Below are positions 38,537 to 47,571 of a stretch of 64,000 bases of DNA, in pieces; the stretch's first letter is position 1; each line of letters begins with the position of its first letter. Below the pieces are notes generated by a model that ran no database searches, was not told the origin of the DNA, and worked only from the letters and a program-made list of their open reading frames with translations. The stretch is from Spirochaetia bacterium (lineage in GTDB: Bacteria; Spirochaetota; Spirochaetia; UBA9216). The stretch spans positions 2,720,001 through 2,784,000 of the forward strand of contig OY776510.1 in NCBI GenBank assembly GCA_963675665.1, written 5' to 3'. The position numbers and the translations under genes were made by a program.

Positions 38537-39973
38537 ATGAGAGGTGCTATGAAAAAGCAGACAAAGATTGTTGCGACAATCTCGGACAGGCATTGTGATA
38601 TTGAATTTATCAGAAAGCTGGTTGAAAGGGGAGTGGATGTCTTCAGGCTTAATACGGCACATCAAAGCCCTGATGATTCGATAAAGGTTATAAAAAATAT
38701 CCGGGCAGTATCGGATTTTACCGGTATATTAATTGATACGAAGGGGCCGGAGGTTAGAACGTCCGGAATATCTAAAGAGATAGAGGTGAAAACCGGAGAC
38801 AGGGTAGTGTTTACTGCATCGGAAATTCAGACTTTAAATGATGATTCAACTGATGCCCATATACCTGTTTCATACGAAAGAATTGCCGAAGATGTGCCGC
38901 CGGGCTCGACAATTCTTATTGATGACGGAGATATTGCTTTCAGTGTTACAGAAAAAATAAACAGCAGATTATATGCAACAGCGGAAAATGACGGAACGGT
39001 TAAAAACAGGAAAAGCGTCAATATTCCGGGGGTACATTTGAATCTGCCTGCACTTACCGAAAAGGACAGGGAGTACATCAGGTTTGCCGCTGAAAACGGG
39101 GTGGATTTTGTAGCTCATTCGTTTGTCAGAAATGCTGAAGATGTTAAAGAAATCAGGGAAATTCTTGATGCATACAACAGTACTGTGAAGATTATTGCAA
39201 AAATTGAAAACCGGGAAGGTGTTGATAATGCGAAGAGTATTCTCAAAGTCTGTCGCGGACTAATGGTTGCCCGTGGAGATCTCGGAATAGAGATTCCGGC
39301 GGAAGAAGTTCCGGCCATACAGAAAAGACTGATCAAATATTGTGTAAAAAGGGCGAAGCCGGTAATTACAGCTACCCAGATGCTGCAATCGATGATTGAT
39401 AACCCTCGTCCTACCAGGGCTGAGGTAAGCGATGTCGCAAATGCTGTTCTGGACGGCAGTGCGGCGTTGATGTTGAGCGGCGAGACCGCCTACGGTAAAT
39501 ACCCGCTTGAAGCGGTAGAAACAATGGTAAAGGTGGCTCAGGCTGCAGAGAACAGTCGTAAAGGATTATGGAAGCATGATCTTGTTGAGAAGTCCGGAAC
39601 AGTCAGGAAATTTCTTGTTCACTCGGCAATCGAGGCATCGGAGCAGCTTCCGATTAAGGCAATTATTGTTCATACCTATTCAGGGCTGACGGCAAGGCTG
39701 ATTTCATCATTCAGGGGCCGTATCCCCATCTTTGTCCGTTGTCATGAACAGAGAATCGCGCGGGAACTTTCACTTTCCTACGGCTTGTATCCTGAAATAA
39801 TAGAACTGCCGGAATCAACTGATGATCTGATTTCAAGTTCGGTCAGCCCTCTGCTTGAAAAAAAAGTGCTTGAAGGTGATGATATGATTGTTGTTCTTGC
39901 AGGAAGTCCCCCGCTTAACACAAACGAATCAAATATGATTGAGATAAACACCGTCTCAAATTTTATTTTATAG
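38537..39973 (+). CDS. pyk: Pyruvate kinase
   Basis: 'TKIVAT', 'DTKGPEVRT', 'IAKIEN', 'MVARGDLG', 'ATQMLQSM', 'MLSGETA.GKYP'. Confidence 0.97.
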   Translation: MRGAMKKQTKIVATISDRHCDIEFIRKLVERGVDVFRLNTAHQSPDDSIKVIKNIRAVSDFTGILIDTKGPEVRTSGISKEIEVKTGDRVVFTASEIQTLNDDSTDAHIPVSYERIAEDVPPGSTILIDDGDIAFSVTEKINSRLYATAENDGTVKNRKSVNIPGVHLNLPALTEKDREYIRFAAENGVDFVAHSFVRNAEDVKEIREILDAYNSTVKIIAKIENREGVDNAKSILKVCRGLMVARGDLGIEIPAEEVPAIQKRLIKYCVKRAKPVITATQMLQSMIDNPRPTRAEVSDVANAVLDGSAALMLSGETAYGKYPLEAVETMVKVAQAAENSRKGLWKHDLVEKSGTVRKFLVHSAIEASEQLPIKAIIVHTYSGLTARLISSFRGRIPIFVRCHEQRIARELSLSYGLYPEIIELPESTDDLISSSVSPLLEKKVLEGDDMIVVLAGSPPLNTNESNMIEINTVSNFIL

Positions 39974-40000
39974 AAGATGTGAATTTACAGGAGGCATATT

Positions 40001-40975
40001 ATGAAAAAACTAAATTGGGGTGTTCTCGGTATCAGCAATCATTACAGGTTGAGAATCCACCTGCCGCTTTCCGGGTATGACGGTGCCCTGCTTTATGGAA
40101 TTGCGTCCCGCGACGGTAAGCGTGCCGCTGAAGCGGCAGAAAAACTCGGTTTCAGCCGTGCTTTCAGCAGCTACCAGCAATTGCTTGATGACGACAACAT
40201 AGACGCTGTATACCTGCCGCTTCCGAATCATCTGCACCTCGAATGGATTAAAAAGGCTGCTGATGCGGGGAAACATGTTATATGCGAAAAACCGCTATGC
40301 CTTTCTGCAGAAGAGGTCGATGAAGCCTTTGCATATTGTGCCGACAGGGAAGTGTTTCTTATAGAAGCTTTCATGTTCAGGTTTCATCCTCAATGGGAAA
40401 GGGTTAAAGATATAATTAATACCGGAGAAATAGGAACTGTTAAATCGATTCAATGTATTTTTTCATATAATAATACAGATCCCGGGAATATCCGGAACCA
40501 GGCAGCTGCCGGAGGAGGTGCATTGCGTGATATAGGCTGTTATGGAATAGCAGTTTCCCGATTTGTAATGGATCGGGAACCGTCAGGGGTACAGAGCCTG
40601 ATTGTCAGGGATCCTGTTTTTAAAACCGATGAACTGACGTCTTTCATGCTTGATTATGGTAACTGTCACAGCCTTGTCACGGTTTCAACCCAGCTTAATT
40701 CGGCCCAGAATGTCCGGATCACCGGTACCGGCGGCAGTATAGAGGTCATGATTCCGTTCAACATTTATAATGATGTTCCGGCCGAAGTAAAGGTCATAAC
40801 AGGTGTGGGCGAGAGGATTGTCCGTACTGAAGCAGTCGATCAGTATCGTTGTGAGTTTGAGAATTTCACAAACGCAGTATTGAAAAACGACACTGGTTTT
40901 TTTTCCATGATGGAAACATTCTCAAAGCAAATTCAAAGTATAATGGATTCTGTTTTTAAAGCCGGAAAACAGTGA
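40001..40975 (+). CDS. Gfo/Idh/MocA family oxidoreductase
   Basis: 'GKHVICEKP', 'EAFMFRFHPQ', 'GGGALRDIGCY'. Confidence 0.92.
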   Translation: MKKLNWGVLGISNHYRLRIHLPLSGYDGALLYGIASRDGKRAAEAAEKLGFSRAFSSYQQLLDDDNIDAVYLPLPNHLHLEWIKKAADAGKHVICEKPLCLSAEEVDEAFAYCADREVFLIEAFMFRFHPQWERVKDIINTGEIGTVKSIQCIFSYNNTDPGNIRNQAAAGGGALRDIGCYGIAVSRFVMDREPSGVQSLIVRDPVFKTDELTSFMLDYGNCHSLVTVSTQLNSAQNVRITGTGGSIEVMIPFNIYNDVPAEVKVITGVGERIVRTEAVDQYRCEFENFTNAVLKNDTGFFSMMETFSKQIQSIMDSVFKAGKQ

Positions 40976-41910
40976 TAGAGAAGAATTTACTATCCAAAAT
41001 TGCTTATTATTATTATAAACTTGAACTGACGCAGAATGAAATAGCAGCAAAGCTTGGAATGTCCAGACAAAGGGTAAACAGGCTGCTAAAACGGTGCCGT
41101 GATGAAGGTATTGTGGAGATTCGGATTTCAGGGTTTAACGAGAGCTATATCGAACTTGAAGGCAGAATAGAGACAGTTTACGGTTTAAAACAGGTGATAA
41201 TTACTCCCGAGGCTGAACCCGGTCAGCTTTATGATGTTCTGGGAGTTGCCGCTGCCGGCTATATACGTCAATCTGTCGGCAGCCAGAAGATAATCGGGAT
41301 ATCCTGGGGCAGAACAATGTATTCGATGGCCCAGCATCTGCCTGAGACGGCAGGAGTCTTTCCTGAACTGAAGGTGGTGCAGCTTGTCGGCAACATGGGG
41401 TCGCTCAATCGTGACGTCCAGCCTGATGAGGTTACAAGATTGCTGGCTGCAAAGCTTGGCGCTGTTCCGGTTTTGCTTTACGCTCCGGTTTATATGAAAA
41501 ACAAGGTCGCCAAATTTACGCTGGTTCATGAAGAGAGTATTAAATCCGTACTTGATCTGATGCCGCAATGCGAGTCCATGTTCTGCAGTGTGTCGGGAAT
41601 TGATCACAATTACCGGTGGCTAAACCAGACAGTAATAGAAGAAAGTTTTATTGAGGAACTGCAGTCAAAAAATGCAGTGGGCAATATATGTTTGAGATAT
41701 TTCGATATAAACGGAAACTGTATTGATTCCGAACTTCACAGGCTTGAAGTAGGAATAGACGGACAGACAATAAAGAGTATTCCGAATGTTGTATGCGCCG
41801 CCGGCGGGCCTGAAAAACGGCAGGCGATCCTGTCCGCGATCAGGGGCGGTTTCATTGATACGCTGATAACCGACAAGGGTACAGCCGATTTTCTTGTTAA
41901 GCAGGGTTAA
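40972..41910 (+). CDS. SorC/DeoR(Bacillus)-type sugar-binding transcriptional regulator
   Basis: N-terminal 'YYY..LTQNEIA..LGMSR..VNRLL' HTH; 'GISWGRT', 'AAGG.EK', 'LITD'. Confidence 0.92.
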   Translation: MIEKNLLSKIAYYYYKLELTQNEIAAKLGMSRQRVNRLLKRCRDEGIVEIRISGFNESYIELEGRIETVYGLKQVIITPEAEPGQLYDVLGVAAAGYIRQSVGSQKIIGISWGRTMYSMAQHLPETAGVFPELKVVQLVGNMGSLNRDVQPDEVTRLLAAKLGAVPVLLYAPVYMKNKVAKFTLVHEESIKSVLDLMPQCESMFCSVSGIDHNYRWLNQTVIEESFIEELQSKNAVGNICLRYFDINGNCIDSELHRLEVGIDGQTIKSIPNVVCAAGGPEKRQAILSAIRGGFIDTLITDKGTADFLVKQG

Positions 41911-41938
41911 AAAAGCTGCCCGGCTTCCGCCGGGCAGC
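41909..41938 (-). terminator. Intrinsic terminator at end of PTS operon (possibly bidirectional)
   Basis: GCTGCCCGG/CCGGGCAGC stem with A6 on the plus-strand 5' side. Confidence 0.75.
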
Positions 41939-41964
41939 ACTGGTTTTGCAACAAAGTCGGGGAA

Positions 41965-42249
41965 TCAGATTTTTACAGCTTCATTGATTTTTTCAAAATC
42001 TGATTCGATTAAAAGCTTCAGTTCTTCTATCGCCGCATCCTCATCGGCGCCTTCTGCGGAAATTCTGATCGTATCATTCTGAGACACATTCAGAAGTATC
42101 ACCTTGATAATGTTTTTGGCATTAGCTGTTTTTTCATCTTTTGATATCTTTATGTCGGATTCAAAGAGTTTTGCAGTTCTGACAAAAACATCTGCAGGCC
42201 GGGAATGCAGGCCTGTTTCGTTTTTGACCGTTATTTCAAGTTCTTTCAT
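41965..42249 (-). CDS. ptsH: HPr phosphocarrier protein
   Basis: 'GLHSRPA' (His15), 'ANAKNI', 'AEGADE'. Confidence 0.92.
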   Translation of the reverse strand: MKELEITVKNETGLHSRPADVFVRTAKLFESDIKISKDEKTANAKNIIKVILLNVSQNDTIRISAEGADEDAAIEELKLLIESDFEKINEAVKI

Positions 42250-42252
42250 TCA

Positions 42253-42423
42253 TTATTTCTCCTGTAAATCGGCAGCACGCTTTTTTTTCCGCCTGTTAAT
42301 AACAATCATGACTATTCCCCAGGCAACCACCGCGATACTGATTATCAGCTGGTGACTGAGTATAAAATTCAGTAATACTGAGCCCCAGTCTCCCAGCAGT
42401 TCCTTTATAATATTTTCAAACAT
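42253..42423 (-). CDS. 56-aa single-pass membrane protein within PTS operon (absent from ORF track)
   Basis: MFENIIKELLGDWGSVLLNFILSHQLIISIAVVAWGIVMIVINRRKKKRAADLQEK*; fills the DeoR-HPr gap with 3-nt spacers. Confidence 0.75.
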   Translation of the reverse strand: MFENIIKELLGDWGSVLLNFILSHQLIISIAVVAWGIVMIVINRRKKKRAADLQEK

Positions 42424-42426
42424 ATT

Positions 42427-43194
42427 TCATACCGTTATAATTTCAATTCCACTGGAAACAAATGATTTCTTAACGCTTTTACTGATTTTGTCGTCAGTGA
42501 TTATTTTTGTTATTTTGGAAATGTCGTCCAGATAGTTAAAACAGACGTTTCCGAATTTTGTCGAATCAGCAATCAGATAAGTTTCTTTTGCAATTTCCAT
42601 CATCGCTTTAATTACCGGAACGTTTGATGCTTCGTAATATGTCAGTCCGTATTCGGCATCAATTCCGTCTGCCGTCATAAACAGCTTGTCGGCATATTGA
42701 ATACCTGACAGAGGATCCCGGTTGAAATTACGTATTGTTGAATACTGCTTTTCAATCTCTCCGCCCAGCATGAAAAGGCTGATATTATCAAGTTCGGAAA
42801 GTTCAAGAGCCAGGGAGAGCGAATTTGTTATAACCCTGAATTCAAAATCAAGTCCGCTGAAGATTCGTCCTGCCAGCATTGTGATTACGCCCGGGCCTAT
42901 CAGGATTGTTTCTTTTTTTTGAACCAAAGTTGAGCAGTATTCTGCAATCCTGATCTTTTCATTTATAGCTTTACTGAGCAGCGCTTCACGGGTAGGTCCG
43001 GGATAATCCTTTTTATAAAAGACCTCGCCGCCCTTGCCCTGTAGTACTTGTCCTGAATCTTCGAGAAGCTTGATGTCTCTCCGGATTGTGGCTGTAGAAA
43101 CCTTGAATTTTGCAGAAAGTTTTTTTAGAGTTGTTTTTTCTTTCAATCGCAGAATTTCAGTGATTCCTGCCAGCCGCTCTCTCTTGTTTTTCAT
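42427..43194 (-). CDS. DeoR/GlpR family transcriptional regulator
   Basis: 'F.VS.ATIRRD' HTH, 'VITNSL', 'LGG', 'ADSTKF'. Confidence 0.93.
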   Translation of the reverse strand: MKNKRERLAGITEILRLKEKTTLKKLSAKFKVSTATIRRDIKLLEDSGQVLQGKGGEVFYKKDYPGPTREALLSKAINEKIRIAEYCSTLVQKKETILIGPGVITMLAGRIFSGLDFEFRVITNSLSLALELSELDNISLFMLGGEIEKQYSTIRNFNRDPLSGIQYADKLFMTADGIDAEYGLTYYEASNVPVIKAMMEIAKETYLIADSTKFGNVCFNYLDDISKITKIITDDKISKSVKKSFVSSGIEIITV

Positions 43195-43213
43195 GCTGTA
43201 TACCGGAGGCTGC

Positions 43214-43549
43214 TTAAAGCAGGTGAAAAAGCCCTACTGTTTTCTTTTTAGGCAGGTATTTGTTGAAAATCTCAGCAGCTTTTTCTGTTTTTTCAATAAA
43301 AACCTCAATGCCTTTTTCTTTAAGTGCGTGAACCGCCGAATCGCTTATTTTTATTGGCATCATAAAGCCGAGGCCGACTACAACAACTTCGGGTTCAGCT
43401 TTGAAAACATCATCCAGATCTCCCGGTTCTATGCTGTTGCGGCTTTCAATCCACCATTTTGTATTCATATGATCGCTGTAAACAATAGTGTCGGAGCGCG
43501 AGACCTTGCCCCGAAACAAAAGCTTTCCCAGAGATACTGATTCTATCAT
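43214..43549 (-). CDS. Mth938-like (DUF498/AAMDC) domain protein
   Basis: 'PEVVVVGLG', 'LKEKGIEV...T..AA..FN', C-terminal 'GLFHL'. Confidence 0.8.
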   Translation of the reverse strand: MIESVSLGKLLFRGKVSRSDTIVYSDHMNTKWWIESRNSIEPGDLDDVFKAEPEVVVVGLGFMMPIKISDSAVHALKEKGIEVFIEKTEKAAEIFNKYLPKKKTVGLFHLL

Positions 43550-43552
43550 TAA

Positions 43553-43834
43553 TTATTCCTTAACATATGAAATTATTTTCTCCATGTCGGCTTCCATTCC
43601 GATTCCTGTAAGAAAGGAAAGAGTTTGAATTACCGGTATGTCTCCGACATCGCCGACAGGAGTTGTTGTAACTATCAGATCCACACCGTCAAGTTTTGAC
43701 GGGACTTCAGCCGCTTTGCACTGAATAAGATTGACTTTAATTCCTTTCTCCTCGAGATGTTCTTCAATTTTCCTCAAAACTACAGTTGACGTCGCCACTG
43801 CTGTTCCGCATGAAACAAGAATTTTTTTTGCCAT
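43553..43834 (-). CDS. PTS galactitol-family EIIB
   Basis: 'ILVSCGTAVATST' phosphorylation loop. Confidence 0.93.
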   Translation of the reverse strand: MAKKILVSCGTAVATSTVVLRKIEEHLEEKGIKVNLIQCKAAEVPSKLDGVDLIVTTTPVGDVGDIPVIQTLSFLTGIGMEADMEKIISYVKE

Positions 43835-43896
43835 TTAACACTCCTATAAAAAGTCAACCACAAGCTAAAAATATAAGCTTATGATCTAGTCGGATA

Positions 43897-45009
43897 TCAA
43901 CCGACCATTACAGCTTCCCATGCTGCTGCCTGCATTTCCCTGTATTCTTTTCTAAAAGCCATTTTCATCGGATCAAACGGCTCTCTGGTTTTTAAAATTG
44001 TATATACCAAAGTGCTCATCTTGCGGGCGGCAGCTATTACACTCTTACCCGAGCCTTTCTGCTTCTTCATCGCTGCATACTTCGTCATTATTCGGTACGT
44101 CCCGGTCTTCTTTTGCATACGAACCATTCCCATCACCATCTGTACGAAGGCTGTCCTCAGTTCTACAGGCCCACGCTTTGTTATATGTCCATGATGTATT
44201 GTCATATTTGAGTTCTGCACCCATGGCACAAGCCCGGCGTTTGCTGCATATTTCTTCGCACTATCATATCTGCCGATATCGTCTGTATAGGCTCTTACTG
44301 TTGCTGCTGTTATTAGACCCACGCCTGGTATTGTCTGCAGAAGCTCAACATCTTCATCGTCCTCCACAAGCTCAGCCAAAACCTTTTCAAGCTGCTTGAC
44401 TTGCGATGCCTGATTATCTATCATATCCAGTAACGGTATTACCGTTTTGGCAGCGCTTCCGTAAAAGTCGTGGTCCTCGAGACCGTTCAGGATTCGCTGC
44501 CTTTCTTTTTTACTCTGCAGCTGTCCGCGTTTGGTCTCTATTCCATAACCAAGTAATAAGCCATGCACCTGGTTCTTTAACGACACAACAGATTTTACCA
44601 GTATCGACCTGGATTTCAGCACCCTTCGAATATCCTCACTCTCTTGGGAACATAATATCGATTCAGGCAGCATGTCTTTCTCAAGAAACTCCGCCAGGGT
44701 GCGTGCATCATGTTTGTCTGTCTTTTTTACAGATTCATTCACTACCTTGAATTTCAAAGTATTCACTACAACCACTTCGACTCCAGCCTTTAACAGTTTA
44801 TTGCGGAAATAACGGGCATTCCCGGTTGTTTCCACCGCTGCTCTCAACTCATATTCCTCTTCACAATATTCATCCAGCATTTTCAGAAATGCTCCATAAC
44901 CATTTCCGCTGGTCGGATACATTCCCAATTGATCAATTTTTCGGTCTTCACTTAAAAGGCATACTGTAAACTGCGTTTTGTGAAGATCCACGCCAATACT
45001 CATCTTCAT
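43897..45009 (-). CDS. IS110-family DEDD transposase/recombinase
   Basis: 'GVDLHK', 'AVETTG', 'KTDKHDA' (DEDD RuvC-like); 'TIPGVG', 'AGLVP..QNS', 'AAARK'. Confidence 0.95.
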   Translation of the reverse strand: MKMSIGVDLHKTQFTVCLLSEDRKIDQLGMYPTSGNGYGAFLKMLDEYCEEEYELRAAVETTGNARYFRNKLLKAGVEVVVVNTLKFKVVNESVKKTDKHDARTLAEFLEKDMLPESILCSQESEDIRRVLKSRSILVKSVVSLKNQVHGLLLGYGIETKRGQLQSKKERQRILNGLEDHDFYGSAAKTVIPLLDMIDNQASQVKQLEKVLAELVEDDEDVELLQTIPGVGLITAATVRAYTDDIGRYDSAKKYAANAGLVPWVQNSNMTIHHGHITKRGPVELRTAFVQMVMGMVRMQKKTGTYRIMTKYAAMKKQKGSGKSVIAAARKMSTLVYTILKTREPFDPMKMAFRKEYREMQAAAWEAVMVG

Positions 45010-45039
45010 GTTCTATCTCCAATAGTTTGAAGCAGTGCC

Positions 45040-45200
45040 TATACGGTGAATTGTTCCATTCTCCTATCCGGTCTCGCAGACCATTGAATGTTTCGGTTAC
45101 GGCTCTTCAATCTCCTAAACGGTCTCGCGGACCAGTAAAAATGTCGAACAGTAACCTTACTGCCTCAATTAAAGTTAAGGCAGTATATCAATTCACCAGC
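45040..45200 (-). ncRNA. Candidate bridge RNA (seekRNA) in the IS110 non-coding end
   Basis: Closing stem GGTGAATTG/CAATTCACC, 5' hairpin TACTGCCT..AGGCAGTA, two repeated modules TGGTC(C/T)GCGAGACCG-NNTAGGAG-A(T/A)TG with guides matching junction sequences. Confidence 0.75.
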
Positions 45201-45296
45201 TCATGAAGACTTTTTATCATTCCTCCTATAAAAGTTTACCGCCAAAAAGCTGCAAAGCAGCCCGGATGGCGGGGATTGCATCCTGATGATATATCA

Positions 45297-47033
45297 TCAT
45301 TGTACATCTGCATACTTTTGAAGAAAAGACTTAATTTCTTCTTCTGTCTTAAATTTTAAAATATCATCAGCTGCTTTTTTACAATCCTGATAACTGACGG
45401 ACCTGATAATTGAAACAGCTTCCGGCAGCATTTGTCCACTCATGCTTAATTCATTGATACCAAGTCCGATTAAAGCGGGAATTGCAGCCGGAATACCCCC
45501 GAGCTCGCCGCAGATTCCCGCCCATCTGTTATTTTTATGAGCATTATCGACAGCAGTTTTTAATGAACGAAATACTGCCGGGCTGAAGAGCCTGTAATAT
45601 TCTGAAACATTCTCATTGATACGGTCCGCGCAGAGGGTGTACTGCGTAAGATCGTTTGTTCCAATGCTGATGAAATCACATTCTTCCGTAAGGATGTCGG
45701 AAATCATGACTGCAGCAGGGGTTTCTACCATAACGCCGACTTCGATATCACCGTTAAAAACAGCGTTCTCATTTTCCAGTTCAGAAATGCATTCGGATAT
45801 TACTGCCCTGGCGGCACGAAATTCCGTTACGTCAGCTACCATCGGGAACATGATCTTTATATTGCCGAAGGCCGCCGCCCTTAGTATTGCCCTAAGCTGA
45901 GTCTTGAAAATATTCCTGTATTTAAGAGAAACTCTGAGTCCCCTTAACCCAAGGAACGGATTATCTTCTTCAGGAAGATTAAAACATTTTACTTCTTTAT
46001 CTCCTCCGATATCAAGAGTCCTGATAATCACCATCCCGGGGTTAAGCTGTTCAGCTACTTTTTTATAGAAATAATATTGCTTTTCTTCATCCGGTAAATT
46101 AACTGTATCAAGAAAAAAGAATTCTGTTCTGAGCAGTCCGACGCTCCGGGCACCGCAGCCGACTGCATTCTGAAGATCCTCAAGCGACCCTATATTTGCT
46201 GATAATTCAATCGTTCGTCCGTCGATTGTAACCGGCTCAAGGTTTCTGACTGCATTAAGGTGTTCTGTTCTCAGGCGGTATTTTTCTTTTTCAGTCATGA
46301 ATTCTGATCTTTCATCATCATTCGGTGAAATCCAGATTTTGGCCGTTTCAAAATCACGGGTGTCGAGAAGAACCTCTGATTTCGGTTCCGTTTTACTCAG
46401 GGCTCCTGCAGCACCGACCACCGCCGGGATGCCGAGCGTTTTAGCCAGAATGGCGACATGCGAGGTCACTCCGCCCTGTTCGGTGATTAATCCTTTTACG
46501 TTATTTTTATTCATCAGGGCCGTATCGGAAGGCATGAGATCCGCTGCAATTACAATAGAATTTTCAGGTATGTTCGAAAGATCCCGGCTTTCCATCCCCA
46601 GCAGGTTTCTGAGAATTCTATTGTATACATCGGTAAGATCAAGAAGCCTTTGCCGGTTGTAATCGTCCTCACCGAGCGCGGTAAAAAGATCGGCGTAGCC
46701 GGTGAAAACTGTCTTTAAAGCTTCTTCGGCACAGACTTGTTTGTCTTTGATTATCTCCCTGATTTCAGTTGAGAACTCCTCATCTTCAATCATCGTCATC
46801 TGAGCCCTGAAGATGTGCCCGAATTCCTTACCGAGAGCACCGGAAAGATTGCTTTTTAAATTTTCAAGTTCCGATCTCGCTGCTTTAAATGCAGCTTCAA
46901 TCCTGTTGTATTCAGCTTCACTGTTTTCAGTTTTTTTACTGCTGAATGAAAGATCCTGTTCCTGGTAGATGAAGGCATAACCGTAACTGATGCCGGGAGA
47001 AGCGCTTCGACCTGTTAGCTGTCCCATACTCAT
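45297..47033 (-). CDS. ptsI: PTS enzyme I
   Basis: 'GGVTSHVAILA', 'VGLLRTEF', 'RTLDIGGDK', 'NPFLGLRG', 'SIGTNDLTQY', 'CGE'. Confidence 0.96.
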   Translation of the reverse strand: MSMGQLTGRSASPGISYGYAFIYQEQDLSFSSKKTENSEAEYNRIEAAFKAARSELENLKSNLSGALGKEFGHIFRAQMTMIEDEEFSTEIREIIKDKQVCAEEALKTVFTGYADLFTALGEDDYNRQRLLDLTDVYNRILRNLLGMESRDLSNIPENSIVIAADLMPSDTALMNKNNVKGLITEQGGVTSHVAILAKTLGIPAVVGAAGALSKTEPKSEVLLDTRDFETAKIWISPNDDERSEFMTEKEKYRLRTEHLNAVRNLEPVTIDGRTIELSANIGSLEDLQNAVGCGARSVGLLRTEFFFLDTVNLPDEEKQYYFYKKVAEQLNPGMVIIRTLDIGGDKEVKCFNLPEEDNPFLGLRGLRVSLKYRNIFKTQLRAILRAAAFGNIKIMFPMVADVTEFRAARAVISECISELENENAVFNGDIEVGVMVETPAAVMISDILTEECDFISIGTNDLTQYTLCADRINENVSEYYRLFSPAVFRSLKTAVDNAHKNNRWAGICGELGGIPAAIPALIGLGINELSMSGQMLPEAVSIIRSVSYQDCKKAADDILKFKTEEEIKSFLQKYADVQ

Positions 47034-47509
47034 ACCCTGAGATTTTTCCCGACATTATCACGGAGGATATTATAAACTTCATTTTCATCTTCCGCGTAAA
47101 GGAGAGCTTTCAGAACTTCATTATCCTGATATGTTGTAATCAGGGTTTCCAGAAGATCTCCTATTTTCTTCTTTTCTTTCAGGGCAAACATGGAAATAAG
47201 TTGAACAGGGATTTTTTCTTCGGGAGCTCCCATAACCGAGAATTCAACAGAGTCGGACAGTCGGGCAAAACAGATAACCGATTGGTTTACATGATCTGCA
47301 TCGGTGTGGGGTATGGCGATTTTCAGATCTTCCATCGGGAGCCCGGAAGGGTAACTTGATTCTCTGTCCTGAATTGCCTGGATATAGGATTTTTTAACAT
47401 AACCAAGGTCGTAAAGTCTTTCCGCCATAACTTGCAGGGCGGTTTCTTTTGAAGCAGCATCAATGTTGATAAGGATGCATTCAGTCTTAAGTATGTCTTC
47501 AATTTTCAT
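47030..47509 (-). CDS. PTS EIIA (galactitol/fructose-type)
   Basis: 'RESSYPSGL', 'IAIPHTD'. Confidence 0.93.
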   Translation of the reverse strand: MKIEDILKTECILINIDAASKETALQVMAERLYDLGYVKKSYIQAIQDRESSYPSGLPMEDLKIAIPHTDADHVNQSVICFARLSDSVEFSVMGAPEEKIPVQLISMFALKEKKKIGDLLETLITTYQDNEVLKALLYAEDENEVYNILRDNVGKNLRV

Positions 47510-47530
47510 GTGATGTTTTCCTTTTGATTA

Positions 47531-47565
47531 TTTATTTCCCGGACAGGTTATGTCCGGGAAATAAA
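47531..47565. repeat. Perfect 15-bp-stem intercistronic hairpin between EIIC and EIIA
   Basis: TTTATTTCCCGGACA-GGTTA-TGTCCGGGAAATAAA. Confidence 0.85.
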
Positions 47566-47571
47566 AACTAA

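Larger units (their letters stand above)
43841..45224 (-). mobile_element. IS110-family insertion sequence (~1382 bp) inserted in the SD of the EIIB gene
   Basis: CTCCTATAAAA at both junctions (43841, 45223); 10-bp sub-terminal inverted repeats ATAAAAAGTC (43846-43855) / GACTTTTTAT (45208-45217); splits ptsI from EIIB. Confidence 0.9.

Noticed and set aside
45055-45135. Two ~28-nt direct repeats that might look like a mini-CRISPR
   Set aside because: Only two imperfect units, no cas genes, and better explained as the two loops of an IS110 bridge RNA.
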